From the IMG/VR virus record IMGVR_UViG_3300033402_000761, positions 1-30,977 of that record: a stretch of 30,977 nucleotides of DNA; one strand, given 5' to 3'. The notes beneath the pieces are model-generated. The model saw only the letters and a list, made by a program, of their open reading frames with translations, searched no databases and was not told the origin of the DNA. Position 1 is the stretch's first letter, and each line of letters opens with the position of its first letter. Position numbers and translations under genes: made by a program. This stretch comes from a virus (taxonomy: Duplodnaviria > Caudoviricetes). Positions 9,530-17,611 of the stretch are shown in pieces.

Positions 9530-11731
9530 TTAATGATCCGAAAGGTTCGTGTTGCCCACGTACCTATATGTTGTGGCCGGGGTTGCCGCAAAGGTCGGCG
9601 CGGACCCGAAAAGATTTCCAACCAGGATAAGACTTGCCAGCGAACTGGCGCTGCAATTGATGGTCCCGGTTCCTCTGCATCGGCAGCCGATCATCTGCAA
9701 ATTGATGCTCGTATCGCTCGCCGTGCTGAGAACTGTGGTTGAGGGCTGGCTGAAGCTGATTCCATCCAGGAGGATGGACCCGCCGCCGAGTATGATATGG
9801 CAGACCGGAGTTGCCGTTGTTCCCATGCAGACGCCGGAAGACACACGCAGGAAGACGTTATCGGACCCGATATTGATGGTCGATCCCGTGTTGCTGTCAC
9901 CCATGAAATTCGTGATATGGACGCCGTTCGTATCCGTGTATGCTGCGTAGATCCCGGCCTGGTTGCCGATAAGAGCTAACTGCGAGATCGTGCCGTATGC
10001 CCCATCGGTCCCGTTTACCGAACCCTGCCTCAGTTGCAGGCCAAGGTAGTACCCGCCGATGGCGATGTTATTGGCCCTGAAGTCGGCGCAGAGCCCCATA
10101 TCGATGCCGATTGCATTCGATATCATCCAGGTCGCCGCGTTACTGGAGCCTCCATACCACCAGGAGGGTGAGAAGCTGACATCATCGAACACATCCGCCC
10201 CGCCCCCGTCCACCCGGATGCCGTAATCGATTCCACACCCCGTTATGCGCCGGAAGGTGAAGCTGCTGTGTGCTATCCTGGCATCTATGCCGACGTAGGC
10301 ATTGAGGAATTGAATATCGCGCCATTCAACACTGGTGAGATTTCCAACCCCCGTATTCGGTGAGAAAGTAGCCGGGTAACTCGTCGGGGTTGCCTGTGTC
10401 GCCGACTGGTTCGGATATTGAAACGTGAGACCCTGGAAGAGATTCCCGCTCTGATACACAATGGGGGACGAACTCGAATTCGTTATACTAAGCAGGGTCC
10501 CGCCGTGGATTTTTGTAATCCCGGATGACTGCGGTTCCAGACTTGACCTGTCGCTTTGTCCGACGAGGTGCACCCCCGCGGGCACCGTGATCTGGCCGTT
10601 GATCAGGAACGTTCCGTTAGTAAAGGTTAAGATCCTTTGGGCGCTATTGGTTGAGTTGCAGGCATTGCAGGCGTACTGGATAGCGTTGGTGCTGTCGTTT
10701 GTTCCCGTTGGGTCGGCGCCGAAGTGCTGAGGGTAGAGAACCGGCTGAGGGATCGAAAAGATGACCCCGCCCGTGCTCGCGCAGCTAAACATCTGGCTGG
10801 CCCCGGCAAGCGATACGGCATAGCCGCCGATAGTCAGAGTCACCCCGGCCGGAACCGTGGTTATGCCCGCAGTCAAGTAGACGAGATTGATGTTTGCCGG
10901 CACGGTGAGGTTTGCCGACACGGTATTGGCGACGTCCATTATCAGGGTCGAACTCGTCGAGCCAAGAGTTGAGACCGCGCTGGCAAGACTCCCGTAGGTC
11001 GAGAGAAAAGTTAGTTGACTCATGGTTGAGCTGCTCCCCTGTGTGATGGACACTGTGAAAGTTGCCGTTTGCTGCACGCCGCCGTAAGTGTATGACGCCG
11101 TGATTGTGACCGATTCGGTTTGTGTGACCGATGCCGCCGTAAATATTCCGGACGCCGAGATACTCCCGTAAGTGCTCGGAGACACCGACCATGTAGCGCC
11201 CACCGGCCCGGCAGTACTCCCGTCGCTAAACTCCGCGGTCGCCGCATAGCCATTTATAGAGCCGCCCTGGACCGATGTCGGACCGGAAATGACCAGGCCC
11301 GTAAGGGTTGCCGACGTGGAAGGATTGATAATCGCGGTAAGGCTGACCGTGCCGGAGAGGGCTGCGGCTAACTGCTGGATCTGCATGCAGAGGGTGTCAA
11401 GCGCATTTTCCACCACCTGCGGATAAAGTGCGCCCTGATTGGCAAGAGAAGTATTCTGCGTATAAGGAACCACCCGCTGAATCGTGATCGTCCAGCCGGT
11501 AGGCAAAGGACTCCCCGAAGCCGGATAAGTGACGGTCCCCCCCGAACTGCTTCCAATCCCAGCGACCGTGTATTGGGAAGTCGCCAGGACAGTGCTGACC
11601 GATGGGCTCACGTTGTTGTTTGTGATCGTCACCACCAGGTCGCCGGCAGCCGGAACCAGAAAGCCGAAGGGAAAGACCGTCGTTGCGCCGTTTCCCTGGT
11701 ATTGCACATAGGATTGAGTCGTTGTCAGCAT
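9530..11731 (-). CDS. Tail fibre/tailspike: gp17-like anchor, Ig-like domain, pectate-lyase-like beta-helix
   Basis: Start reassigned to MLTTTQSY (GGAG RBS; 733 aa). YQGNGATTVFPFGF anchor; ISGPTSV...ATWSVS...GIFTA...VTITASY Ig-like repeat; FGADPTGTNDSTNAIQ motif opening the beta-helix. Confidence 0.88.
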   Translation of the reverse strand: MLTTTQSYVQYQGNGATTVFPFGFLVPAAGDLVVTITNNNVSPSVSTVLATSQYTVAGIGSSSGGTVTYPASGSPLPTGWTITIQRVVPYTQNTSLANQGALYPQVVENALDTLCMQIQQLAAALSGTVSLTAIINPSTSATLTGLVISGPTSVQGGSINGYAATAEFSDGSTAGPVGATWSVSPSTYGSISASGIFTAASVTQTESVTITASYTYGGVQQTATFTVSITQGSSSTMSQLTFLSTYGSLASAVSTLGSTSSTLIMDVANTVSANLTVPANINLVYLTAGITTVPAGVTLTIGGYAVSLAGASQMFSCASTGGVIFSIPQPVLYPQHFGADPTGTNDSTNAIQYACNACNSTNSAQRILTFTNGTFLINGQITVPAGVHLVGQSDRSSLEPQSSGITKIHGGTLLSITNSSSSPIVYQSGNLFQGLTFQYPNQSATQATPTSYPATFSPNTGVGNLTSVEWRDIQFLNAYVGIDARIAHSSFTFRRITGCGIDYGIRVDGGGADVFDDVSFSPSWWYGGSSNAATWMISNAIGIDMGLCADFRANNIAIGGYYLGLQLRQGSVNGTDGAYGTISQLALIGNQAGIYAAYTDTNGVHITNFMGDSNTGSTINIGSDNVFLRVSSGVCMGTTATPVCHIILGGGSILLDGISFSQPSTTVLSTASDTSINLQMIGCRCRGTGTINCSASSLASLILVGNLFGSAPTFAATPATTYRYVGNTNLSDH

Positions 11732-11741
11732 CCAGCACTCC

Positions 11742-11826
11742 ATTTTAGATTTTAGATTTTCTTCGCGGCCTTCGCGTCTTCGCGTGCAACCAGGTTTTTC
11801 CAAATCTAAAATCTAAAATCTAAAAT
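11742..11826. repeat. Inverted (TTTTAGA)n arms enclosing a CTTCGCG repeat
   Basis: ATTTTAGATTTTAGATTTT (11742-11760) is complementary to part of AAATCTAAAATCTAAAATCTAAAAT (11802-11826); CTTCGCG x3 lies between them. Confidence 0.85.
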
Positions 11827-12621
11827 TCCCCAAGGGCCCGGACCATCATCAGGATGCACGCCGATTCCGCCGCGTACCCGTATCCAGTCCGGGGTGTGGT
11901 TCGGAGACAAGGGCTGCTCGTTGGCGTCAACCGCTCGGGCAGTCGTGGCCATATCTGAAGCCTTGGCGTACAGCTCCTTGTCCATCTGCTTATCTCCGAT
12001 CAGAGCCCCGACCAGGTGAGCCGCCAGCATGAAAACGAAAGCTTCGGAGAATTCGTCATCCCATAGGTTCACATTGGAAACCACCGCTGAGGTGGTATAG
12101 ATGACATTGGCCTGCTCGACGTTTGAGAGGATAACGCGGATCGGGTTTCCGGCCGTGTCCTGATCGAGAGCGAGCTGGTAGTTGACACGATTTCCCAGGC
12201 TGTCAAACGGCGGATAGTTGGAGGCCATGTTCGCGCCCGGCCAGATCGGCACTGTACCGGCAATGTTTGTGTTTGTGTAAGGCGGAACGATCTGCCTCAG
12301 CCGTATGCAGTCCTGCGGCCAGGCGTATTCATAGGCCCATGGGACGACAGGACCGGAGAGGAGCGGAGTCGGCAATGTCCCCGATGGATTCTCGGGAGTC
12401 CCGGAAGCCGAAGCCAGAAGCGCTCCCGATACTTCTTTTCTGGCAAAACTCCACATGGCCGCCCGCAGGAGCGCACGGCAGGCCCCCTCGAAATGAGCGA
12501 GACAAGCCCTGGCCTCCGGCGAGTTCTCCGTCATGCTGGATATACCAATGCTCTGGCTCTGGCCGGATCTCGTCCCGCAAATGGATAGGGCACGGTTGCA
12601 GATATCAAGTTGGCTGGGCAT
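11806..12621 (-). CDS. Tail tubular protein A / adaptor (T7 gp11-like)
   Basis: MPSQLDICNRALS, SPEARAC, WSFARK, WAYEYAWPQDCIRL, FSEAFVFMLAA and PDWIRVR motifs. Confidence 0.9.
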   Translation of the reverse strand: MPSQLDICNRALSICGTRSGQSQSIGISSMTENSPEARACLAHFEGACRALLRAAMWSFARKEVSGALLASASGTPENPSGTLPTPLLSGPVVPWAYEYAWPQDCIRLRQIVPPYTNTNIAGTVPIWPGANMASNYPPFDSLGNRVNYQLALDQDTAGNPIRVILSNVEQANVIYTTSAVVSNVNLWDDEFSEAFVFMLAAHLVGALIGDKQMDKELYAKASDMATTARAVDANEQPLSPNHTPDWIRVRGGIGVHPDDGPGPWGILDFRF

Positions 12622-12631
12622 TTATTTATCC

Positions 12632-12865
12632 TTACATACTTGGATACATCTTCGCTGCAAGGTCGCTTCCATCGCCCGGGATCTCCGGCGAATGATGCTG
12701 AGCGTGGACTTCGCCCTCGGAAGTCTTGCTCTCCCCTTCATGCTCATGATGTGGCGCATGAACATGGCCCTCCGGATGGTGCGTGTGATGAGCGGCATGG
12801 CTGTGAACTTTACCGCCGTCATGAGTGTGTAAGAGATGGTGGACATGGGTCAGATATTCAGCCAT
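12632..12865 (-). CDS. His-rich small protein
   Basis: 77 aa with GGGAG RBS and a dense His cluster; ends LAAKMYPSM, resembling the scaffold C-terminus (LLDKLYPTM). Confidence 0.65.
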   Translation of the reverse strand: MAEYLTHVHHLLHTHDGGKVHSHAAHHTHHPEGHVHAPHHEHEGESKTSEGEVHAQHHSPEIPGDGSDLAAKMYPSM

Positions 12866-12880
12866 CGGTTTAATCTCCCT

Positions 12881-13096
12881 CTAGATTTTATTCTCATCAA
12901 GTTTGTGGTCACCGCACCAATCGCCCTCAAACATTACAGGCCATCCGTTCATTGACGGAGCGTGACGACGACAACGGCCCAAAACTTTGTTATCTTCAGT
13001 AGCCGCTTGCGGATCATCCGCAACTTTGACAACAAAATACATGCAAGTTTTGCAACTCATTTTCTTGCTTCGGTGTTTCCATCTGTCTTCAGCCAT
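12881..13096 (-). CDS. Small Cys-rich protein
   Basis: CKTC...GRCRRHAP...WPV...DWCG; AGGAG RBS. Confidence 0.75.
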   Translation of the reverse strand: MAEDRWKHRSKKMSCKTCMYFVVKVADDPQAATEDNKVLGRCRRHAPSMNGWPVMFEGDWCGDHKLDENKI

Positions 13097-13322
13097 CGGT
13101 TATTTCTCCTTTTGACGGGTCAAGGGCCTGCGATACACATGTATGAATATCCAGTTGAAGATCCTCGACCAGTTGATCCAAAACTGCATTGATCTTCTGT
13201 CGCATTTCCTGAACCTTCACGGCTACCTTCAGCCTCTCGAACGCAACGAAATGCTCTGTTGAATTGCCGACAAAGGTCGTGCCGCTTCTTGTCTCCATTC
13301 CTATTTCCCTCAGTGCTTCCAT
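13089..13322 (-). CDS. Hypothetical protein
   Basis: 77 aa, overlaps both neighbours in operon fashion. Confidence 0.6.
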   Translation of the reverse strand: MEALREIGMETRSGTTFVGNSTEHFVAFERLKVAVKVQEMRQKINAVLDQLVEDLQLDIHTCVSQALDPSKGEITDG

Positions 13323-13528
13323 TTTTTCGCATTTCTAGCAAACACTGCCTGCTTTTTCGTCTTCGCGCTGGCCTTGCTTCCCGGCTTCAAAACATCCGCC
13401 GCCTCTTCCTGAACGGACTTGCCGGCAGCTTTCGCCTTCGCCGTGAACTCGCCCTTATGCGCGGGATTTATATGAATGCCGCTTTTGGAACTCTTCGAGC
13501 TTGAACTACTCTTGCTTGCCCTGCTCAT
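13310..13528 (-). CDS. Lys-rich basic small protein
   Basis: Start at MSRASKS (ATGA overlap, GGAGG RBS); GIHINPAHKGEFTAKAK...FARNAKKWKH. Confidence 0.75.
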   Translation of the reverse strand: MSRASKSSSSSKSSKSGIHINPAHKGEFTAKAKAAGKSVQEEAADVLKPGSKASAKTKKQAVFARNAKKWKH

Positions 13529-13704
13529 CTTTTCGCCTCCCATAGCTTCCCCTGAACTTGACAGGGAGAAAAAACCGTCCCTCGAAGGCTGCTACATCTG
13601 CCGCCGTTGATAAAATCCAGACGCAAAATTCTTGGGTGCGTGCATATGGCTGGCCCGTCTTGGCGCTCACGGCGCCATTTGCATTCCTCGCAAGGCTTGT
13701 TCAT
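13525..13704 (-). CDS. Small Cys-rich protein (not in the ORF track)
   Basis: 59 aa, MNKPCEECKW...CTHP...C...C..QGKLWEAKR; ATGA overlaps at both ends. Confidence 0.7.
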   Translation of the reverse strand: MNKPCEECKWRRERQDGPAICTHPRILRLDFINGGRCSSLRGTVFSPCQVQGKLWEAKR

Positions 13705-13844
13705 GAATGATCCTCATCCGGCGATGATTTCTCCGGCTCGGTTGCCACCGCGTCAAGCATTTGGTGATAAAACTGAAGCGGTTTCATCTGATTGATCGAG
13801 GCAAACTCAGCCGCAAGCTTCATAAGCTCGATGCGGTCACCCAT
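13701..13844 (-). CDS. Hypothetical small protein
   Basis: MGDRIELMKLAAEF... (47 aa) fills the gap after the endolysin; start uncertain. Confidence 0.5.
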   Translation of the reverse strand: MGDRIELMKLAAEFASINQMKPLQFYHQMLDAVATEPEKSSPDEDHS

Positions 13845-13861
13845 ATCGACATATCGCTTTT

Positions 13862-14275
13862 TCACGCGAGCGCTCTCCTTTCCCATCCGTGCAGAAACTT
13901 GGCGCATACGGGGTACCTGATCACAATGGCCTTGAAGTGCATGACACAGGCCTGCTTGTACTCATCCAGGGAATTGCAGCCGGGTAAAAGCCCCTTTGCC
14001 GTCTGAGGCCCCATGAGGACGCCCATATTGAAAACCTTGGCCCTGAAGTCTTCGGCTATCGAATCAATACCGGGTTTGACCCAGAAGTCGCGGTAATAGA
14101 TCTCGATTGCCCGGTCGCGCGTCAGGTTCTTTATGTCCTCGTTGGGATAGGAGCGCTTGCTGATCCCCATGTTTGTCTCGCCGCCGGGGTCGGCGGGATC
14201 ATCCACATATCCGCCCTCCCAGTTGTCGATGAGGTCGTTTACGGCATTCAAAAACTCGCTTGGATAATCTGCCAT
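13862..14275 (-). CDS. Endolysin, glycoside hydrolase family 108
   Basis: EGGYVDDPADPGGETNMGIS catalytic motif, IYYRDFW, C-terminal FLHGWERR. Confidence 0.93.
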   Translation of the reverse strand: MADYPSEFLNAVNDLIDNWEGGYVDDPADPGGETNMGISKRSYPNEDIKNLTRDRAIEIYYRDFWVKPGIDSIAEDFRAKVFNMGVLMGPQTAKGLLPGCNSLDEYKQACVMHFKAIVIRYPVCAKFLHGWERRALA

Positions 14276-14294
14276 TGAAATCCCCTTACAGCTT

Positions 14295-14367
14295 TTCTCT
14301 GCGCTCTCTGCGGTGTGGCGCCATCATTCATCATTCATCATTGGTTTTACCCATCATTCATCATTGG
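14295..14367. repeat. CTCTGCG repeat plus (CATTCAT)n tracts
   Basis: TTCTCTGCG CTCTCTGCG GTG, then two CCATCATTCATCATT blocks. Confidence 0.8.
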
Positions 14368-14374
14368 CTTTGGC

Positions 14375-14590
14375 TCACTCCATTTTCTCGATCTCGAGTT
14401 GTTCCTTGACGCTCAGACCGACTTTCTCGGCCAGGACCCTGACAAGGAAGCACAGCCGCGTTATCTCGGCTTTCAACTCAACGAGACCGCATTTGCTGCA
14501 ATCGGGCTTTACAACCGTGAAACGGCCAATGAAGGCCCCCGCAATCAAGAGGATCAGCCCTCCGGCAACCTGCCACCCCGCATGGTCCAT
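14375..14590 (-). CDS. Single-TM membrane protein, lysis region (holin/antiholin candidate)
   Basis: N-terminal hydrophobic helix, directly upstream of the endolysin. Confidence 0.65.
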   Translation of the reverse strand: MDHAGWQVAGGLILLIAGAFIGRFTVVKPDCSKCGLVELKAEITRLCFLVRVLAEKVGLSVKEQLEIEKME

Positions 14591-14605
14591 GTTTTGAGGT
14601 CCCCT

Positions 14606-14956
14606 CTAGCTCAATGAGCCCAGATTGTGCGAATCGTCTTTCCCGCTCCCCGCTCCTTGCTTCTCGCTTCTCGCTTCGGCTTTTTCATTCCCGCTTCCTG
14701 CTCCTTGCTCCTCGCTCCCTCGCTTTTTAATGACTCCCGTGTGCGGCGAAAGAAGCGCCCCGATCCCGGTGATACTGCCCACGATCTTTAGTTGCAGGTC
14801 GGCGTCGATATCCATTCCGGCCCATCTGGCAAGCGCGGTTGCAAGCAGCGAAACGACCAGGGCGATGACCGTCGGGTCCAGCCAGTAGGGTTTGGCGTGG
14901 CTCTTGTCCTGCTCGATGTAGAAAACGAGTGAAATTATCTGCTTTATGAGGTCCAT
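14606..14956 (-). CDS. Holin-like protein (two TM helices)
   Basis: KPYWLDPTVIALVVSLLA... and IVGSITGIGALL hydrophobic segments; charged C-terminal tail encoded by a heptamer repeat. Confidence 0.7.
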   Translation of the reverse strand: MDLIKQIISLVFYIEQDKSHAKPYWLDPTVIALVVSLLATALARWAGMDIDADLQLKIVGSITGIGALLSPHTGVIKKRGSEEQGAGSGNEKAEARSEKQGAGSGKDDSHNLGSLS

Positions 14957-14969
14957 TACTTTTTCCCCC

Positions 14970-15425
14970 TCACTTGCTTTTGGTCGTATTCACCGTTGTT
15001 GAACTTGTCGGAAGCAGCAAGGGCAATATCGCCCCCGCCGTTGCCGTTGCCGCTCCGGAAGTAACCAGCGATTGAGTAATCCCGGCAACCGGTCCGGGCG
15101 CCGATGCCGAATCCTGCTTAACCGGCTGGACGTTTCCATCCTTGTCGATAATGTATCGGTCGATACATTTGGCGTTGACTCCAAGTGGATCGCCTGATTC
15201 CGCGAAAACAGCCGCGCCGGTGTATTTAGGGCTGACATCGTAATACTTGATATCAACCGTGTGGCTGGCGCAGCCGGCTAAGAAGAACGCGAAGAGAAAA
15301 AGTAATGTGAGCAAACCCAAAGAGTAATCTTTCTTGGCTCGTCGATAGGCCTTCTTGAAGCCACGGAAGTTACCGAGCTGCTCCACAACCTTTTTTCGAA
15401 TGTTTTTTGCGCGAATTGCTCTCAT
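14970..15425 (-). CDS. Putative lipoprotein
   Basis: Start reassigned to MRAIRAK (GGGAG RBS); basic N-region, hydrophobic stretch, LAGC lipobox. Confidence 0.65.
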   Translation of the reverse strand: MRAIRAKNIRKKVVEQLGNFRGFKKAYRRAKKDYSLGLLTLLFLFAFFLAGCASHTVDIKYYDVSPKYTGAAVFAESGDPLGVNAKCIDRYIIDKDGNVQPVKQDSASAPGPVAGITQSLVTSGAATATAGAILPLLLPTSSTTVNTTKSK

Positions 15426-15462
15426 CTCAATCTCCCATCTCAAAAGACCTGTGTTGGCGCAC

Positions 15463-15609
15463 TCACTCGCCCTTCTCCTTGAACAATCCACAAGCCTTGT
15501 CATCGCCATGCACCGTCGGCCTCTGGCTTTCGGGCATATTCGGTGGACCCGCGTAGCATCCGCCGGCGACGGGAACCCCCGAATAGAATTGACATTCGCG
15601 GCAGATCAT
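15463..15609 (-). CDS. Small Cys-rich protein (not in the ORF track)
   Basis: 48 aa, MICRECQFY...GGCYAGPP...RPTVHGDDKACGLF; GGAGG RBS; same Cys pattern as 12881..13096. Confidence 0.7.
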   Translation of the reverse strand: MICRECQFYSGVPVAGGCYAGPPNMPESQRPTVHGDDKACGLFKEKGE

Positions 15610-15663
15610 TTTGCAGCCTCCGCTTTGCAAAGAATTGCTGATAATTTCATGGATTTGCCCCCC

Positions 15664-15858
15664 TTAAAGCCTAGATATGGCACAAAATATCTGCATATCG
15701 CCGTCACCGGCCTTTTGAACGTGTTCCATAAGAATGGCAACAGCTTCGATCTGTTGGAGGCTGCAGTTTCCTTTTCCAAGGAAAAGCATCTCGGTCCCAG
15801 AGAAATGGAAATGCATGCCTCCGTCCTTGAGGATCTGTTCGGCTTCTTGCGGAGTCAT
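15664..15858 (-). CDS. Hypothetical protein
   Basis: 64 aa, in operon position. Confidence 0.55.
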   Translation of the reverse strand: MTPQEAEQILKDGGMHFHFSGTEMLFLGKGNCSLQQIEAVAILMEHVQKAGDGDMQIFCAISRL

Positions 15859-15864
15859 GTCGTC

Positions 15865-16326
15865 CTACCTCGTGGCGGCCGGAAGAGCGGCCGGCTTCGG
15901 ACTTGTCGTCGCCGGAGCGCTCCCGGTCGCCGTTGCCGGCTGGGCCGAAGAGATAGCCGAACCGATAAGGTTACTTGCCGCGACTACGTTGGTTTCAACG
16001 ATCTTTGCCGCAGTAGTTGCATCGGCTTCGGTGCACGTCCCCGACCGCACTCCCGCGATGACTGTCGCCAGATCCGTAACGGCATTATTGGCATCTGTGG
16101 TCGCCTGAGTGATTTTGGCTATGGTCTGGTTGTTGTTCGGGAATAATGCGCCAACTACGGGCAGTGCTTCCAGGAGGCCGCTTTCAAACTTCTGCCAATA
16201 GGTCAGAACTTCCGACCAGTTGACGGATTCAACGGCGGTTTCCACTTTGGCGAAATCAGCTTTGAGAGCAGCACAGCCAAAGGCGCAAAACAGACACACC
16301 AGAATTACCGCGATGAACTTTTTCAT
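15865..16326 (-). CDS. Putative lipoprotein with helical body
   Basis: Start MKKFIAVILVCLFCAFGC (lipobox AFGC), GGAGG RBS; Ala/Thr/Pro-rich tail. Confidence 0.8.
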   Translation of the reverse strand: MKKFIAVILVCLFCAFGCAALKADFAKVETAVESVNWSEVLTYWQKFESGLLEALPVVGALFPNNNQTIAKITQATTDANNAVTDLATVIAGVRSGTCTEADATTAAKIVETNVVAASNLIGSAISSAQPATATGSAPATTSPKPAALPAATR

Positions 16327-16417
16327 GATCTTTCCCTCCGTTTGTTGTTTGTTGTGGGAGGGGAACGTTTCCCCTCCCAATTTGCCCAAGACACCATGTC
16401 TCAGGCGGGGCTAACCG

Positions 16418-16459
<42 letters not shown>

Positions 16460-17104
16460 TTAACTGTTGTCTTCTTCCCATTCGACCATGGCGCCGAATG
16501 TCCCGGTGCCGAGGCCGGTCGTGTTGTTGTAGATCTCGATTACATCGCCGGTCCCGCGAAGGATCAGCGGCTTGTCATTGTTGAGGCAAAAATCCCAAAT
16601 CGCCGGCTGTGCAATCATCGAAGCCGATGGCGGCGCTATACCCAGAATCCTGGCGTCGAAAGCGGCAAAGCCGGTTCCCGATGCAGCCGCAGCCGTATAA
16701 ACGTTGATGGTCGCGGTTGCCGAAGGATCGTTTACATCCATTTTGCCTGCGGTCAGAGCCGCAGCCGTTCCCGCCGAAGCAGCCGTGGCGCGCCCGATGG
16801 TCAGCTCCGCGAAAAACTTCGTCGCGCATTGAGCCCAGAGCAGGATTTTCTTTACGCGAACAGTCATCGTGGCGCTGCCAACGATTTCAAGGATGACCGC
16901 CGCCGCGGTGCTGTAGAAAGTTTGAGCCACGGCCGCCGCTCTGAAAGTGGGCTTGATGTGTTCTTCGGTTACGAGCAGCCGGCCGCTTTGGTCGAGCTGG
17001 ACCGGCATAATCAGCCCCGTGCTCTGGGACTGAACAGTCGAGTTGTACTGAGCCTGCATCAGTCCTGGAGGAAACACGTTCGATTGAAAACTTTTCGTCG
17101 CCAT
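16460..17104 (-). CDS. Putative minor virion structural protein
   Basis: 214 aa, Ala/Thr-rich and beta-type; follows the capsid genes; AAGGAG RBS. Confidence 0.75.
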   Translation of the reverse strand: MATKSFQSNVFPPGLMQAQYNSTVQSQSTGLIMPVQLDQSGRLLVTEEHIKPTFRAAAVAQTFYSTAAAVILEIVGSATMTVRVKKILLWAQCATKFFAELTIGRATAASAGTAAALTAGKMDVNDPSATATINVYTAAAASGTGFAAFDARILGIAPPSASMIAQPAIWDFCLNNDKPLILRGTGDVIEIYNNTTGLGTGTFGAMVEWEEDNS

Positions 17105-17116
17105 ATTCGATGCTCC

Positions 17117-17374
17117 TTAAAGCGGGATCTCCTCGCCCGCCCGGATTCCTGATTTGACCCCGGCGGGAGAGGCGCCCAAAGAGGTTATGTCGTCGATTGG
17201 ATCGGGCATCGGACCGTTTACGAGCCCGATCTCCTTCGCCATTTTTGCCGCCGCCTTATCGACCGGGATCATATGAGGACCCGGAATGAAATCGTCCGGT
17301 ACTTCGACTTTGGCCCCCGGCTGATAGATCTGGTTGTTGATAAAGGCAGTTTCCGTCAATTTGTACTTGGCCAT
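17117..17374 (-). CDS. Hypothetical head-module protein
   Basis: 85 aa MAKYKLTETAFINNQIYQPG..., a type often found after the cement gene; GAGGAGG RBS. Confidence 0.75.
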   Translation of the reverse strand: MAKYKLTETAFINNQIYQPGAKVEVPDDFIPGPHMIPVDKAAAKMAKEIGLVNGPMPDPIDDITSLGASPAGVKSGIRAGEEIPL

Positions 17375-17377
17375 CGG

Positions 17378-17587
17378 CTATGCCTCCTCATCTTCTGAGG
17401 TTGTATTGGTATCCGCTACTTTTTCGGCTTCCGCCTCATCAGGTTCATCCGGTGGGTGATCTTTCAAAAAGGCATCCGCCCGTTTTACCAGATCGGTATG
17501 CCTCCCACCTTCCGGTTCATGAGGGCAGAGATAGAAGCGGATCGTATCGACAAGCTCTCTGAATAAGGTTCTTGGATCGTCACTCAT
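17378..17587 (-). CDS. Hypothetical acidic protein
   Basis: 69 aa, GGGAG RBS. Confidence 0.65.
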   Translation of the reverse strand: MSDDPRTLFRELVDTIRFYLCPHEPEGGRHTDLVKRADAFLKDHPPDEPDEAEAEKVADTNTTSEDEEA

Positions 17588-17611
17588 TGAGATGCTCCCT
17601 GAAAATGAGGA

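Noticed and set aside
11732-11803. 24-aa N-terminal extension of the tailspike in the ORF track
   Set aside because: It is a translation of the intergenic repeat element; the ATG at 11731 has a GGAG RBS and gives the typical anchor start.
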